A stretch of 64,000 nt of DNA from Spirochaetota bacterium (GCA_965208615.1 CBDBPB010000007.1:352001-416000), one strand, 5' to 3'; positions 28,320 to 39,115 are shown, counted from the first letter of the stretch. The notes: generated by a model from the letters alone, not told the origin. Numbers and translations are program-made.

Positions 28320-28761
28320 AAGTATTTTCTCCTAATTATATGGTTTATTGGTATTTATACTTATAAAATGTCTATATTAATTTATACTATACATTATACA
28401 GTCGAGGTCTTTTTTATCTTTGATTTTAGGGTCAATAACATTGATCCTTTGACTATAGCATAAGCAAATTGTATTTTCATAGCTTTAAAATAATATGTTT
28501 GCTTACAATAAGATTATTAATTGGTTAAATATACTATTTATGGGAAAATAAATCAAATATTTTTATATACTAATGAATTTAAAATAGATATATGATTTTT
28601 TTTGTTAAAAAGCTTTGTTATTGGGCGTTTTATTAGCGAATATAATAAAAAGCAATCATTTTTATTCTTTTCCTATAAAACGATTGAAAATGTAATATAA
28701 TTTTACTAACTTTAAATTAATATTTGTTTTTATAGCCTTATGGAGAACTATTATTAATAAT

Positions 28762-29778
28762 ATGCTTAATAAACAACAATCTTCGGATAAGCATCTTTTA
28801 AGAGTAAATAACCTAAAAACATATTTCAATACTGACGAGGGCATAGTTAAAGCTGTGGATGGTATTTCTTTCCATTTGGATAAAGGGGAGACCATTGCAA
28901 TAGTGGGGGAGAGTGGGTGTGGTAAAAGTGTTACGTCCTTATCTATTCTTAGGCTAATACCATCTCCACCTGGTAATATTGATAGTAATAGTCAGATTAT
29001 ATTTAAGAATAAGGATCTATTAACATTAAGGCTCAAAGAGATTCGGGATATTAGGGGTAATGATATATCCATGATATTCCAAGAGCCTATGACATCATTA
29101 AACCCTGTATATACTATAGGGAACCAGATGTCAGAGGTTTTTATAGCCCATAAAAATATGAATAAGAAGGATGCCCTTAATGCCAGTATAGAAATGTTAA
29201 AAATGGTATCTATTCCATCTCCAGAAGAAAGAGTAAGAGCATATCCCCATGAGCTTAGTGGTGGGATGAGGCAAAGGGTTATGATAGCTATGGCTCTATC
29301 TTGCGATCCTAGTTTGCTTATTGCTGATGAACCTACTACTGCACTTGATGTTACCATACAAGCTCAAATACTCAAACTTATGGAGGACTTAAAACAGCGT
29401 ATAAATAGTTCTGTTATTCTTATAACGCATAATTTGGGTATTGTGGCTGAGATTAGTGATAGGGTTATAGTCATGTATAGTGGGCGGATTGTTGAACATG
29501 GTACAACTTGGGATATATTTAAAAACCCTGTACATCCCTATACAAAAGGATTATTGAGGTCTGTACCTATCTTAGGCAGGAGGGGACAAGAACTTAAAGA
29601 GATTCCTGGTAATGTTCCTAAGCCTACAGAGTTATTTTCTGGTTGTAAGTTTGCCAGTCGTTGTTCTTATAAGCTGGATGACTGCGAAAATGAACCACCT
29701 CTTTATTTAGTAGATAAAGGGCATTATGCTAGGTGTGTTTTAGTTGAAAACAGTGTAAGCGAGGTATGTATTGACTAG
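28762..29778 (+). CDS. oppD: Oligopeptide/dipeptide ABC ATP-binding protein
   Basis: GESGCGKS, FQEPMTSLNP, LSGGMRQR motifs and a C-terminal Cys cluster. Confidence 0.9.
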   Translation: MLNKQQSSDKHLLRVNNLKTYFNTDEGIVKAVDGISFHLDKGETIAIVGESGCGKSVTSLSILRLIPSPPGNIDSNSQIIFKNKDLLTLRLKEIRDIRGNDISMIFQEPMTSLNPVYTIGNQMSEVFIAHKNMNKKDALNASIEMLKMVSIPSPEERVRAYPHELSGGMRQRVMIAMALSCDPSLLIADEPTTALDVTIQAQILKLMEDLKQRINSSVILITHNLGIVAEISDRVIVMYSGRIVEHGTTWDIFKNPVHPYTKGLLRSVPILGRRGQELKEIPGNVPKPTELFSGCKFASRCSYKLDDCENEPPLYLVDKGHYARCVLVENSVSEVCID

Positions 29779-30742
29779 TCCAATTCTTAAGGTTGATAAT
29801 CTTAAAGTATACTTTCCAATTAAAAGGGGTTTTTTTAAGCAAAAGACAAAATATGTTAAGGCTGTGGATGACGTTTCTTTTGTTATATACCCTGGTGAGT
29901 CTGTTGGTCTAGTTGGAGAGAGTGGGTCTGGTAAAACGACTATTGCAAGGGCAATACTCCACTTAGCACCCTATAGTGATGGGCTAATAAACTTTTTGGA
30001 TAAAGATATACTTTTGTTAAAAGGTGATGAGCTTAAAGCTATTAGAAAAGAACTTCAGATAATCTTTCAGGATCCATTTTCGTCATTAAACCCTAGAATG
30101 ACTGTGGGTAATATTATAGAAGAGGGATTGCACGTTCATGGAATAGCTAATAAAAGAAAAAGGCGTAAATTAGTTATTGATATTATGGAGAGAGTGGGTA
30201 TAAATAAAGATTTTTATGATCGTTATCCTCACGAGTTTAGTGGTGGTCAAAGGCAGCGTATTGGTATTGCAAGGGCATTAGTTTTAAATCCCAAGTTAGT
30301 TATATGTGATGAGCCTGTATCTGCATTGGATGTGTCTATACAGGTTCAAGTTTTAAAGCTTATGCAGGAGTTGCAAAGAGATTTTAATCTTACATATTTA
30401 TTTATTGCCCATGATTTAGCTGTGGTGGACTATTTTTGCAATCGTATAATTATAATATACCTTGGTAAGATTATGGAGATTGCTGATAGAGATATTATTG
30501 CTAATAACCCTATTCATCCATATACAAAAGCACTTATTTCTGCAATACCTTATCCTGATCCAGAATATAAAAAGAATGAGACTTTATTGAAAGATGATAT
30601 TCCAAGCCCTCTTAATCCCCCACCTGGATGTGTGTTTCATACAAGGTGTCCTGAGGTAATAGAGGAGTGTAAAATTAAAACTCCTAAGTTAAAAGAACTA
30701 AGCTCGGGTCATTATTGTGCTTGTCTACTTACTGATAAGTGA
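29771..30742 (+). CDS. oppF: Oligopeptide/dipeptide ABC ATP-binding protein
   Basis: GESGSGKT, YPHEFSGGQRQR, DEPVSALDVS and PPPGCVFHTRC motifs. Confidence 0.9.
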   Translation: MTSPILKVDNLKVYFPIKRGFFKQKTKYVKAVDDVSFVIYPGESVGLVGESGSGKTTIARAILHLAPYSDGLINFLDKDILLLKGDELKAIRKELQIIFQDPFSSLNPRMTVGNIIEEGLHVHGIANKRKRRKLVIDIMERVGINKDFYDRYPHEFSGGQRQRIGIARALVLNPKLVICDEPVSALDVSIQVQVLKLMQELQRDFNLTYLFIAHDLAVVDYFCNRIIIIYLGKIMEIADRDIIANNPIHPYTKALISAIPYPDPEYKKNETLLKDDIPSPLNPPPGCVFHTRCPEVIEECKIKTPKLKELSSGHYCACLLTDK

Positions 30743-30936
30743 TAATAACGTAATAATCAAACATAACATTAAAAAATATTAATTTTATGCTTTACTTTTT
30801 ATAAAAGTACTATTATTATAATATAGACTAAAATGATCTATTAAATCTACTATAAGATTATTAAATTAGTATTATCTATTATAACAGGATAATTTTATTT
30901 TAGCCTATAAGTTAAAACAAAGCAAAAGGAGTCACC

Positions 30937-33024
30937 ATGCTAAAACAATATAATTTGCCGGATAACTTAAAAAGTGAAATTAATGAGCTTTCTAAAATCA
31001 TTAACGACTTTAAAAATGGAAAGATAGCACACGCAAGCTTTAAAACAAAAAGAGTGACTTTTGGCGTTTATGAACAGAGAGAACCTAATACCTATATGAT
31101 TAGAATACGCCTTCCTGGTGGAGTTATTGATCCTGAGCAGTTATCTGGTATAGCCAGTATATCCAAGAGATTTGGTGCTAATAACATTGCTCTTACAACA
31201 AGACAGGCTATACAGATTCATAATTTTAAACTGGATGATCTTATTAACATTGTTGAAGAGCTTTATAATTTATCACTATCAAGTAGAGGTGGTGGCGGGA
31301 ATACTGTTAGGAATATTATTTTCCCTGCTGATAGTGGCGTAGACCCTGATGAGCTCTTTGATGTAACACCTTATGGATTAGCATTAACATCAAGACTAAT
31401 TGCAGAGCCTGACTCTTGGAAGTTGCCAAGAAAGTTTAAAATAGCTTTTAGTGGTAATCCTAAAAAGGGCTATGCTCAAATGGCAGATATTGGATATGTT
31501 GCCAAAATAAAGGATAATATAAAGGGTTTTAGGGTATTTGTTGGGGGATCACTTGGTGCACAGTCTGCTTTGTCTAAGTTACTATTTGACTTTGTACCAG
31601 CGAATGACGTTTATTATATTGCAAAAGCCCTAAAGAACGTCTTTTACAAGTGGGGTAACAGGAAGAATAAGTATAAGGCAAGGTTAAAGTTTCTTATTAA
31701 CAAAATTGGCTGGACTGACTTTTCTGATAAGGTAACGGATGAGCTTAATAAGGTTCGTTTAGAACATAAGCATCTTGATTTGCCAAAGCTTAGTTATACT
31801 AAGCTTAAAAATAATAGCCCTCTAACTAATAAAAATGATAATAAATATGAAGAATGGCTAAATAGTTATACCGTTAGAATAAAAAAGGACTATTATAATG
31901 TTCAGATTCCTATATATTTGGGTTTACTTAACACTAACCTTGCCATAAAGTTAGGGGATTACTTAAAAAACCTATCAGAGGATGTTTTAAGAATTGATGA
32001 ATATCAAAACTTATTGCTAAGGTCAATACCACAAAGTTTGTTAGCTGATATTTATAATTTGCTTTCTAGCGAGCTAGACCTAAGTACAAATCAGCTAATC
32101 TATTCCAAGGTTGTTAGTTGTACTGGAGCGGCTACATGTAAGTTGGGGGTATGTTTTTCAAGAGAGCTGGTTAAGGAGATAACTAATAAACTTGAGAGGT
32201 CTAAGCAAAACATTAAAACCCTTAAAACCCTTAACATAAAGCTTTCTGGATGCCCTAACAACTGTGGACAACACTCAATAGCAGACTTAGGTTTTTTTGG
32301 TAGGGTAGGCAGGAATGATAGTGGGCTATACCCGGTTTATAGTATTTTAGTTAAGCCTAATAATGGAGGTGATGTTAATTTGGCAAAGAATATTGGTAAT
32401 ATACCGGCTAAAGGGATTCCTGACTTTATTTTAACCCTTTTGGATGGGTATAATAAGTTAAAAAATAAACCTAAAGACTTTAAAACATATATTGCGAACC
32501 TTGAATATGACAAGCTATTAGCATTATTGGATAAGCATTCTAATGTAGGCTCTTTTGATGATAATCCTAATGCCTATTATGACTGGGGTTCTGGGGATAG
32601 ATTTTCTCTTGTGGGCAAGGGTGAGGCAGAGTGTTCAGCTGGATTACTTGATCTTGTTAATCATGATTTTCAGTCAGTTGAACGTTTAAGGGTTAGGTTG
32701 AAAAGCTCGGCTAATCATTCTATGAATCTTAGAAAGATATTATTTCATAGTTTAAGGGCTATGGTCATAACCCAAAAGTTTGAGCCTAAGGATGATGAAG
32801 TAATTCCAAAGTTTAAAGAGTTATTTGTCGATCAAAATATAATTTTGGATAAATATAAGCCACTAATCTTTTTTGCTGATAAAAACCCTAATAAAGATGA
32901 TATTTTGAATAATAAACTAAATATATTAGAGTTTGCGTCTTACTTAAAAGATCTATATGATAATGTGGATGATCATTTGCGCTTTAAGCCTATAATGGCA
33001 AAAGAACAAACTAGTAAAAATTAA
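30937..33024 (+). CDS. Ferredoxin-dependent nitrite/sulfite reductase (siroheme)
   Basis: MIRIRLPGG, TTRQAIQ, LPRKFKIA, SCTGAATC and SGCPNNCGQH motifs. Confidence 0.92.
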   Translation: MLKQYNLPDNLKSEINELSKIINDFKNGKIAHASFKTKRVTFGVYEQREPNTYMIRIRLPGGVIDPEQLSGIASISKRFGANNIALTTRQAIQIHNFKLDDLINIVEELYNLSLSSRGGGGNTVRNIIFPADSGVDPDELFDVTPYGLALTSRLIAEPDSWKLPRKFKIAFSGNPKKGYAQMADIGYVAKIKDNIKGFRVFVGGSLGAQSALSKLLFDFVPANDVYYIAKALKNVFYKWGNRKNKYKARLKFLINKIGWTDFSDKVTDELNKVRLEHKHLDLPKLSYTKLKNNSPLTNKNDNKYEEWLNSYTVRIKKDYYNVQIPIYLGLLNTNLAIKLGDYLKNLSEDVLRIDEYQNLLLRSIPQSLLADIYNLLSSELDLSTNQLIYSKVVSCTGAATCKLGVCFSRELVKEITNKLERSKQNIKTLKTLNIKLSGCPNNCGQHSIADLGFFGRVGRNDSGLYPVYSILVKPNNGGDVNLAKNIGNIPAKGIPDFILTLLDGYNKLKNKPKDFKTYIANLEYDKLLALLDKHSNVGSFDDNPNAYYDWGSGDRFSLVGKGEAECSAGLLDLVNHDFQSVERLRVRLKSSANHSMNLRKILFHSLRAMVITQKFEPKDDEVIPKFKELFVDQNIILDKYKPLIFFADKNPNKDDILNNKLNILEFASYLKDLYDNVDDHLRFKPIMAKEQTSKN

Positions 33025-33051
33025 AGAGATTATATTATAATTAGGTTAGTT

Positions 33052-33083
33052 GGGTCAAAGGGTTGATAAAAGACTTTTGACCC
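33052..33083. terminator. Bidirectional terminator between convergent genes
   Basis: GGGTCAAAGGGTT...GACTTTTGACCC hairpin. Confidence 0.65.
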
Positions 33084-33109
33084 TTATTTTATATTAGCTA
33101 TAATATATT

Positions 33110-34597
33110 TTAATAATCTCTATCTTTTAGTTTTTTACCTTTTTCTTTTTTAGAGAGTTCAATAAGTTCTTCTATGGAATATTTAGTCCTTTTTTTAGTG
33201 GATAGATCAATATCCTCTCTAAAAATAAAGCTTGCCATTGGATAATGATCAATAGCATTTTTTACAAGGCTTTGACCGTTTTTAAGGTAGTTCTCATTAA
33301 TACCGGTTGTATACATCATATATTTAGCATTTTCAGAGTTAACTCTAACATGGAGTGCCTGTATTATAATTTTATCTACTTTAGATGTTTTAGGGAGTTT
33401 AATATTAGCAGTCCAATTTCTGGCTTCTTTTGGCTTTAGCCTGTTATCAAAGAGTTTTTTAGCAATAGGCATCCACTCCCATCTTTGACCAATAAAGTGT
33501 TTTTTTTGTTTAATTAGCTTATTAGAACTGTCAAACAACTTAACCTGAATAGAGATAAACCGTTCAGGATCACCAGTTGGTAAGTCATGCCCAGCATTCT
33601 TGTTTTCAAACCAAATGTTAATGTTAACTTTATCTTTTATTATATCAACATTTTTTACCTTAACAGCTAAACCAGATATATAGCCTCTTTCTAAGAGTTT
33701 ATCATAGCGATCATACCATTTTGGTATACCTCCGCCAGTCCAGAAGTGACGTCTCGTTTTTCTAATGGGCAATCTATTATCAGGAACCAATCTTCTTTCT
33801 ATATTAGGCATATGGCAGTCAATACATTTTTTATCTTTATATGGTCCATTTGCTAATTCTTCACCAGTTTTAAACCAACAAACAAAATGCTTTGTTAGAG
33901 GCATATCAAATGGACTATGGCAACGATAACAAATACCCTCTAAAAATGTTTTACCTTTTGGCCCATCTTTATTTAGTTTAGGTTCATCCTTTTTGACAGG
34001 ATGAGGTGCTAAATCACTACCATGGGGTCCAATAATATAGCTATTATTTTTATCATCCTGACGTATATGGCATACAGCACAGGTTATAGCTTCTTTTTGC
34101 ATTTCTTTATCAAGCTTTGGATTATTAAGTTTTTCAATATCTCGTATATCGTGTTTAAAGTAGGACTCCCAAAGTGGAGTACCCTTAAGAAGTTGGAAAA
34201 CCTTAGTATTAGGGTCAATAATATATTCCCGTTGATTTTGTATTGGTATATGGCAGTTAAGGCATAGCCACGCAGGCGAACTGTATTTAGCTATTTCCGC
34301 CTGATATTGAATATCTGCTAAAGCAGTAGCATGTATACTGCCCTTCCACTCATCATAAATATCCTTGTGGCAGACAGCACAGTCTTTAGCTTTTACCCCT
34401 AAAGAAAGACCATTTTTATTTAGGGGTTTAAGGTTTTTAATAGCTACTATATACGGCTGTTTTTCAACATTAAATCTATTTTTCAGTTTCATATTACAGT
34501 TAGTATTTAGTAGAATTATTAATAAAACAAGTGAACTTAAATGTAAGTATTTTAGTGGATATAAATTAGTAGTAAAGCCTATCAAGTTCTTTAGCAT
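33110..34597 (-). CDS. Multiheme c-type cytochrome (5 CxxCH; c554-like N-terminal domain)
   Basis: CAVCH, CLNCH, CAVCH, CYRCH and CIDCH; NAGHDLPTGDP; likely start ATG 34597 after GAGG. Confidence 0.9.
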   Translation of the reverse strand: MLKNLIGFTTNLYPLKYLHLSSLVLLIILLNTNCNMKLKNRFNVEKQPYIVAIKNLKPLNKNGLSLGVKAKDCAVCHKDIYDEWKGSIHATALADIQYQAEIAKYSSPAWLCLNCHIPIQNQREYIIDPNTKVFQLLKGTPLWESYFKHDIRDIEKLNNPKLDKEMQKEAITCAVCHIRQDDKNNSYIIGPHGSDLAPHPVKKDEPKLNKDGPKGKTFLEGICYRCHSPFDMPLTKHFVCWFKTGEELANGPYKDKKCIDCHMPNIERRLVPDNRLPIRKTRRHFWTGGGIPKWYDRYDKLLERGYISGLAVKVKNVDIIKDKVNINIWFENKNAGHDLPTGDPERFISIQVKLFDSSNKLIKQKKHFIGQRWEWMPIAKKLFDNRLKPKEARNWTANIKLPKTSKVDKIIIQALHVRVNSENAKYMMYTTGINENYLKNGQSLVKNAIDHYPMASFIFREDIDLSTKKRTKYSIEELIELSKKEKGKKLKDRDY

Positions 34598-34713
34598 TTT
34601 TACCTCTCTCAAATAGTACTGGAGCATGGCAATTTAAAGCCGTGTACAGCTAAAGTTACTAGTATAGTAACAACAAGTTAGTTATTAAGTTAAAGAAAAT
34701 AATGTTTTAGATG

Positions 34714-34748
34714 TAATATACACTAAACTTTTAGCTTAGTGTATATTA
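34714..34748. terminator. 13-bp hairpin downstream of the 34798-35670 gene
   Basis: TAATATACACTAA-N9-TTAGTGTATATTA. Confidence 0.6.
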
Positions 34749-34797
34749 TAGAAGATCTTAAAATATCCTATTTAAGATATTTAAACACCTTTATTAC

Positions 34798-35670
34798 TTA
34801 AAAAGTTGGTTCTTTGCCTCTATTAGCAGGTACCCAATATGCAAAGAAATCACTTTTTCGTAGTTTTTTATTAAATCCGCCTTTAGCCATATTCCAACTA
34901 ATCAGAGTATGAGGAAATGCAGAACTAAAAGTTAATGTATCTTTAGCAGAACCATGTTTAACAACAACTTTATAGTTATCACCTTCATTAGAGACGCTTA
35001 CACTAGCACCAACAACTTTGGGATATTTATTACTATTAAACTTAGCTTTATTCCATTTTTTACTTCCAGGAGGATGATTACCAACTAGTGATTTAACCAT
35101 CTTAATATTATAGGATTTTTCATTTAGCCTAAATCTTAAGTATGCAGGAAGTGCATCATAAAAGGTATCAAAAGAATCGGCATCAATAGACTTAGTCATT
35201 TTACCATGATCATTCCAATAGGAGTGCCATACAAACTTACCGTTATCACCAGACTCATCATATCTCATAAAGTGAGCCCCACATCCGTCTTGACTGCCCA
35301 TAACATATTTAACTACTCTTCCTCTTTGATCAATAAACATATCAGCTTTAAAGGCGTAGTTATAAGTTCCTGTTGCAAAGATATCGTGGATAGAGAACTT
35401 TAATACGTAAGAATCAATATTTTTACCAGTTTTGTTATTTATGCCATTGTTCCATGGCTCTGTAACTAAGATCATCTGGCTATTTTTGGTAGTTCTAGCT
35501 TTGCCATACCATTTTAGGGCATAGTTATACCATTGCCATTCAGCCTTACCTTTTTTCCAGTGGCTATTTCCTAAAAAGTCTTTTGCACTAGCATTTGCAA
35601 CATTACTATTTAGCCCAAGAATGAGTATCAGACATAGTGTGGTACTTAAAAAAGTTAAAGTTTTGTTCAT
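34798..35670 (-). CDS. Secreted hypothetical protein
   Basis: Signal peptide (..NVANA-S); HWKKGKAE, VTEP, TGTYNY, SQDGCG and HSYW motifs. Confidence 0.75.
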   Translation of the reverse strand: MNKTLTFLSTTLCLILILGLNSNVANASAKDFLGNSHWKKGKAEWQWYNYALKWYGKARTTKNSQMILVTEPWNNGINNKTGKNIDSYVLKFSIHDIFATGTYNYAFKADMFIDQRGRVVKYVMGSQDGCGAHFMRYDESGDNGKFVWHSYWNDHGKMTKSIDADSFDTFYDALPAYLRFRLNEKSYNIKMVKSLVGNHPPGSKKWNKAKFNSNKYPKVVGASVSVSNEGDNYKVVVKHGSAKDTLTFSSAFPHTLISWNMAKGGFNKKLRKSDFFAYWVPANRGKEPTF

Positions 35671-35959
35671 TAAAAGCCCCCATATTTTATATTATTAAAA
35701 TAGTTACTATCGCTTTCATAAAGATTTATACTAAAAAGCGATTATACTATATTGGACTTTAAAAGTAACAAATTTTAATAGTAAGTCAAAACTTTATATA
35801 AAAAAAATTAAATATTTATAATATCTTTTTTCTATATAAAGAGTTATATGGTACATTTGTTATTTACATTATAAAGTTATCTAAAATATAAAGCTTAAGG
35901 TCTACCTATAGAAATATATATATTAAAAAGTATCTTTTTATAACAAAGGCTTTTTAACA

Positions 35960-36985
35960 CTATATTTTGGATGATAACTTATTAATTGCCCAAACGATAT
36001 ACGAGTTAATATACCTGTCATTATTGTTTAAGAGGGCTTTTAACATTGGAATATAACTATAATTACCTGAATTACCTGCCCCTATTATAACATTAAGCAT
36101 AAAACAACGAAAACCCCTACGCTTTATAGGAGAATGATTAAATATACTGTTAAAATCTTGTTCGTTTATACTAAGCCACTCACTAAGGCTCATTTGTCTG
36201 TTTGACTTAAGGTCAATAACGTTTGTGATAATAGGTTTTTTATTCCACGGACAAACATCCTGACAAATATCGCATCCAAAAACGTAACCACTAAATTTAT
36301 GCCTAAGTTTTTTAGGTATTCCAATCTTAGACTCTATTGTAAGGTATGATATACATTTTCTGGCATTCAGCTTATACGGAGTGATTGCCTTAGTAGGACA
36401 GGCCTCTATACACTTAATACATTTTCCACAATAGTTTTTAGCGGGGATATTAGGTATAAGGGGTATATCAGTGATAATTTCAGCTAAAAATATCCATGAT
36501 CCAAACTTTTTATTTATTAAACAAGTATTTTTACCTATCCATCCAATGCCGGCTTTTTGGGCGTAATACTTTTCAAGTATAGGTCCTGTATCGCAATAGT
36601 ACCTTAAACCAACACCAGGTACTAATTCTTTAATATAACTAGACAAAACCTTTAGTTTTTTAGTTATTAGCTTATGATAATCCTTATTCTGAGCGTATGT
36701 AGATATAATACCGCGAGTTATATTCTTATTGGTTTTGTTATAATAATTAAGACCGCATGATATTATACTTTTTGCACCAGGTAAAATGTTATTAAGGCTT
36801 TCCCTTTTATTAATATTCTTCGCCATATATGCCATAGTACCATAAAGGCCATGTTTTATCCAGTTTTTATAGTGACTAAAGTGATCACAACTAATATCGT
36901 TATAAATACCCACAAGATCAAAGCCAATATTAATAGCCTTTAAGCTGATCTTTTCTTCTAAAGCTATATTTAAGTTTTTATTCAT
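35960..36985 (-). CDS. queG: Epoxyqueuosine reductase
   Basis: DYHK, DTGPILEK, GWIGKN, CGKCIKCIEACPT, CISYLTIE and FGCDICQDVCPWN motifs. Confidence 0.95.
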   Translation of the reverse strand: MNKNLNIALEEKISLKAINIGFDLVGIYNDISCDHFSHYKNWIKHGLYGTMAYMAKNINKRESLNNILPGAKSIISCGLNYYNKTNKNITRGIISTYAQNKDYHKLITKKLKVLSSYIKELVPGVGLRYYCDTGPILEKYYAQKAGIGWIGKNTCLINKKFGSWIFLAEIITDIPLIPNIPAKNYCGKCIKCIEACPTKAITPYKLNARKCISYLTIESKIGIPKKLRHKFSGYVFGCDICQDVCPWNKKPIITNVIDLKSNRQMSLSEWLSINEQDFNSIFNHSPIKRRGFRCFMLNVIIGAGNSGNYSYIPMLKALLNNNDRYINSYIVWAINKLSSKI

Positions 36986-36993
36986 AATATAGC

Positions 36994-37506
36994 CTATTTT
37001 AATCTTAAACTAAGTCCCAATTGACAAAAGTATACCTCATTACATTTTTTAGCCAATAACTGCCCCATATCACCGGATAAATCAATAAACCGCCTTGCAA
37101 GACTATTATCAGGAATAATCCCTAATCCAACCTCGTTTAAAACAAAGATAATATGGTTATTTAAGGATAGTAAACCTTTAATATTACTTAAGATAGCCTT
37201 CTTAGACTTTTTATGGTATAACATATTGTTTATCCATATTGTAATACAGTCGATTAATATAACAGCTTTTGAGTTTTTAACAGCATCATATATATTAATA
37301 CCCTCTTCTATAGTTGCAAAGCGATCTTTCCTTTGTATTTTATGCTTTTCAATTCTTTTTAGCATATCACTGTCTTTTAGCTCGTTAGTGGCTAAGTATA
37401 TAGGCTTGTGATAAGGGGATAGCTCAAGGGCTTTAAGTTCGGCTAATTTTGACTTTCCACTTTTCATACCTCCAGAATATAGAATCTTTAAGCCAACACT
37501 TTCCAT
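36994..37506 (-). CDS. cobU: Adenosylcobinamide kinase/guanylyltransferase
   Basis: GGMKSGKSKLAE, RIEKHKIQR, LIDCITIW and NEVGLGIIP motifs. Confidence 0.93.
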   Translation of the reverse strand: MESVGLKILYSGGMKSGKSKLAELKALELSPYHKPIYLATNELKDSDMLKRIEKHKIQRKDRFATIEEGINIYDAVKNSKAVILIDCITIWINNMLYHKKSKKAILSNIKGLLSLNNHIIFVLNEVGLGIIPDNSLARRFIDLSGDMGQLLAKKCNEVYFCQLGLSLRLK

Positions 37507-38396
37507 AATAATAGCCCAAGTAAAAATAGAAATATTAAAAGGTTTATCCTGTTATGATAAGATAATGCCTTGTATACATAAGCTTTTGAGATAATAATTT
37601 TATTATAGCCAAAGTATGGTTTATTTTTTAGTATGCCGTTGTAGTATGTATTACCACCAAGGGCTATGCCTAATGCACCAGCCATAGCAGATATGGGTAT
37701 ACCAGCATTAGGACTGTCATGTAAGTGGGCAAACTTAAATATATACTTAAGGGATGACAGTCTAAAACTAACTATGAAAATTATAAATCCAGTAATCCTT
37801 GATGGTATGAAATTAACAATGTCATCCAGCCTTGCAGAAAACCGTCCAAACTTATTATATTTATTAGTCCTATATCCCACCATGGAGTCTAATGTGTTAA
37901 TAGCCTTATAAATAAACATAGCCTCAAAACCAAATAACAACAAATAAAAAAGTGGAGCAACTAAACCATCACTTATATTCTCGCTATATGTCTCAATACA
38001 GGCCTTATTAATATCACTGTCATCCATATTGTTAGTATCTCTGCTAACCAGCATAGAAAGCTCTATTTTAGGGTTATTAGAGGTTAAGACGTTCTTCACG
38101 CTGTTATATAACATATTCCCTGCTATACCACTAGATGATATTATACCTAAAATAATAAGCTCAAAGTAGTCTGATCCAAGTTGAACAGCGTATTCTATAA
38201 AATAACTAAACAACAATACCAAAACCAATAAAGATAGGCTAAGGATAATCCCCCTAAAAAAAGAGTCTTTGTAAAATCTTTTTTCAAAGTATGTTATATA
38301 GTCTCCCATAAAGGATATGGGGTGTTTTATTCTAAGCTCTCCAATTATAAGATCGGTTAGGAATGCTAAAAGGCTGATCTCGGTATGAAAAAACAT
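37488..38396 (-). CDS. cbiB: Adenosylcobinamide-phosphate synthase CbiB
   Basis: LVSRDT, ENISDGLVAPLFY, YKAINTLDSMVGY and HDSPNAG motifs. Confidence 0.95.
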   Translation of the reverse strand: MFFHTEISLLAFLTDLIIGELRIKHPISFMGDYITYFEKRFYKDSFFRGIILSLSLLVLVLLFSYFIEYAVQLGSDYFELIILGIISSSGIAGNMLYNSVKNVLTSNNPKIELSMLVSRDTNNMDDSDINKACIETYSENISDGLVAPLFYLLLFGFEAMFIYKAINTLDSMVGYRTNKYNKFGRFSARLDDIVNFIPSRITGFIIFIVSFRLSSLKYIFKFAHLHDSPNAGIPISAMAGALGIALGGNTYYNGILKNKPYFGYNKIIISKAYVYKALSYHNRINLLIFLFLLGLLLWKVLA

Positions 38397-38450
38397 GCTT
38401 TTATATTAGCGTTATATTCGAAGGATAATCTTAATTATTAATATAAATAT

Positions 38451-39011
38451 TTATGCCTTATGTTTTCTAAAGGTATAGGCCGCAATAAGTCCAGCAATAG
38501 CTCCAAATAAGTGTCCTTCCCAGGATACAAACGGATTAGAAGGAAAAATACCAGATATTATTACACTGCCATAAATCGTAATTACTATAGCTGATAATAT
38601 TATTGGTAATATATTCAATCTAAATACACCGCTTGCGATAATAAAACTAGCAAGTCCAAATACCACCCCACTTGCACCAATATGAATGCCTTCCTTACCA
38701 ATAAACCATACCCCAAGTCCGCTTATGATAATAATAATTAGAGTAGTTCTGTATGCCACATTATAATAATAAATACTGATCATGGTAGCCAAAAAAACTA
38801 AAGGAACAGTGTTTGAGATTAAATGATTTAAATTAGCGTGTAAAAATGGTGCTGTGAAAATACCTATTAATCCACTGGTATCTCGTGGTATAATACCATA
38901 AGAGGTAATATCGAAAGGTATAAGGTGAATGCTGTCGTTAATATAATCAACTAAGTGAACAAACCATAAAAGTCCAATTAAACTTACAACAATATTTAGC
39001 CTATCTCTCAT
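38451..39011 (-). CDS. Rhomboid-family intramembrane serine protease
   Basis: HLISN, HIGASG and SWEGHLFGAIAG motifs. Confidence 0.92.
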   Translation of the reverse strand: MRDRLNIVVSLIGLLWFVHLVDYINDSIHLIPFDITSYGIIPRDTSGLIGIFTAPFLHANLNHLISNTVPLVFLATMISIYYYNVAYRTTLIIIIISGLGVWFIGKEGIHIGASGVVFGLASFIIASGVFRLNILPIILSAIVITIYGSVIISGIFPSNPFVSWEGHLFGAIAGLIAAYTFRKHKA

Positions 39012-39085
39012 AAATATACACCGTGTTGTTATTTTGTTTATTTACTTTATAGAAATAATGATTGTATAATGAAGATTTATTGATT

Positions 39086-39108
39086 TTACGCCTTTATAAA
39101 AGGCGTAA
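39086..39108 (-). terminator. Terminator hairpin after mgsA
   Basis: TTACGCCTTT-ata-AAAGGCGTAA. Confidence 0.65.
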
Positions 39109-39115
39109 CTAGTAT

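Noticed and set aside
28662-28895. 77-aa minus-strand ORF opposite the oppD start
   Set aside because: It is an antisense shadow with no independent support.
38397-38450. Cobalamin riboswitch upstream of cbiB (also a TPP riboswitch before thiE and a B12 element before 58828)
   Set aside because: The intergenic regions are too short or AT-only, and no conserved riboswitch core is visible.
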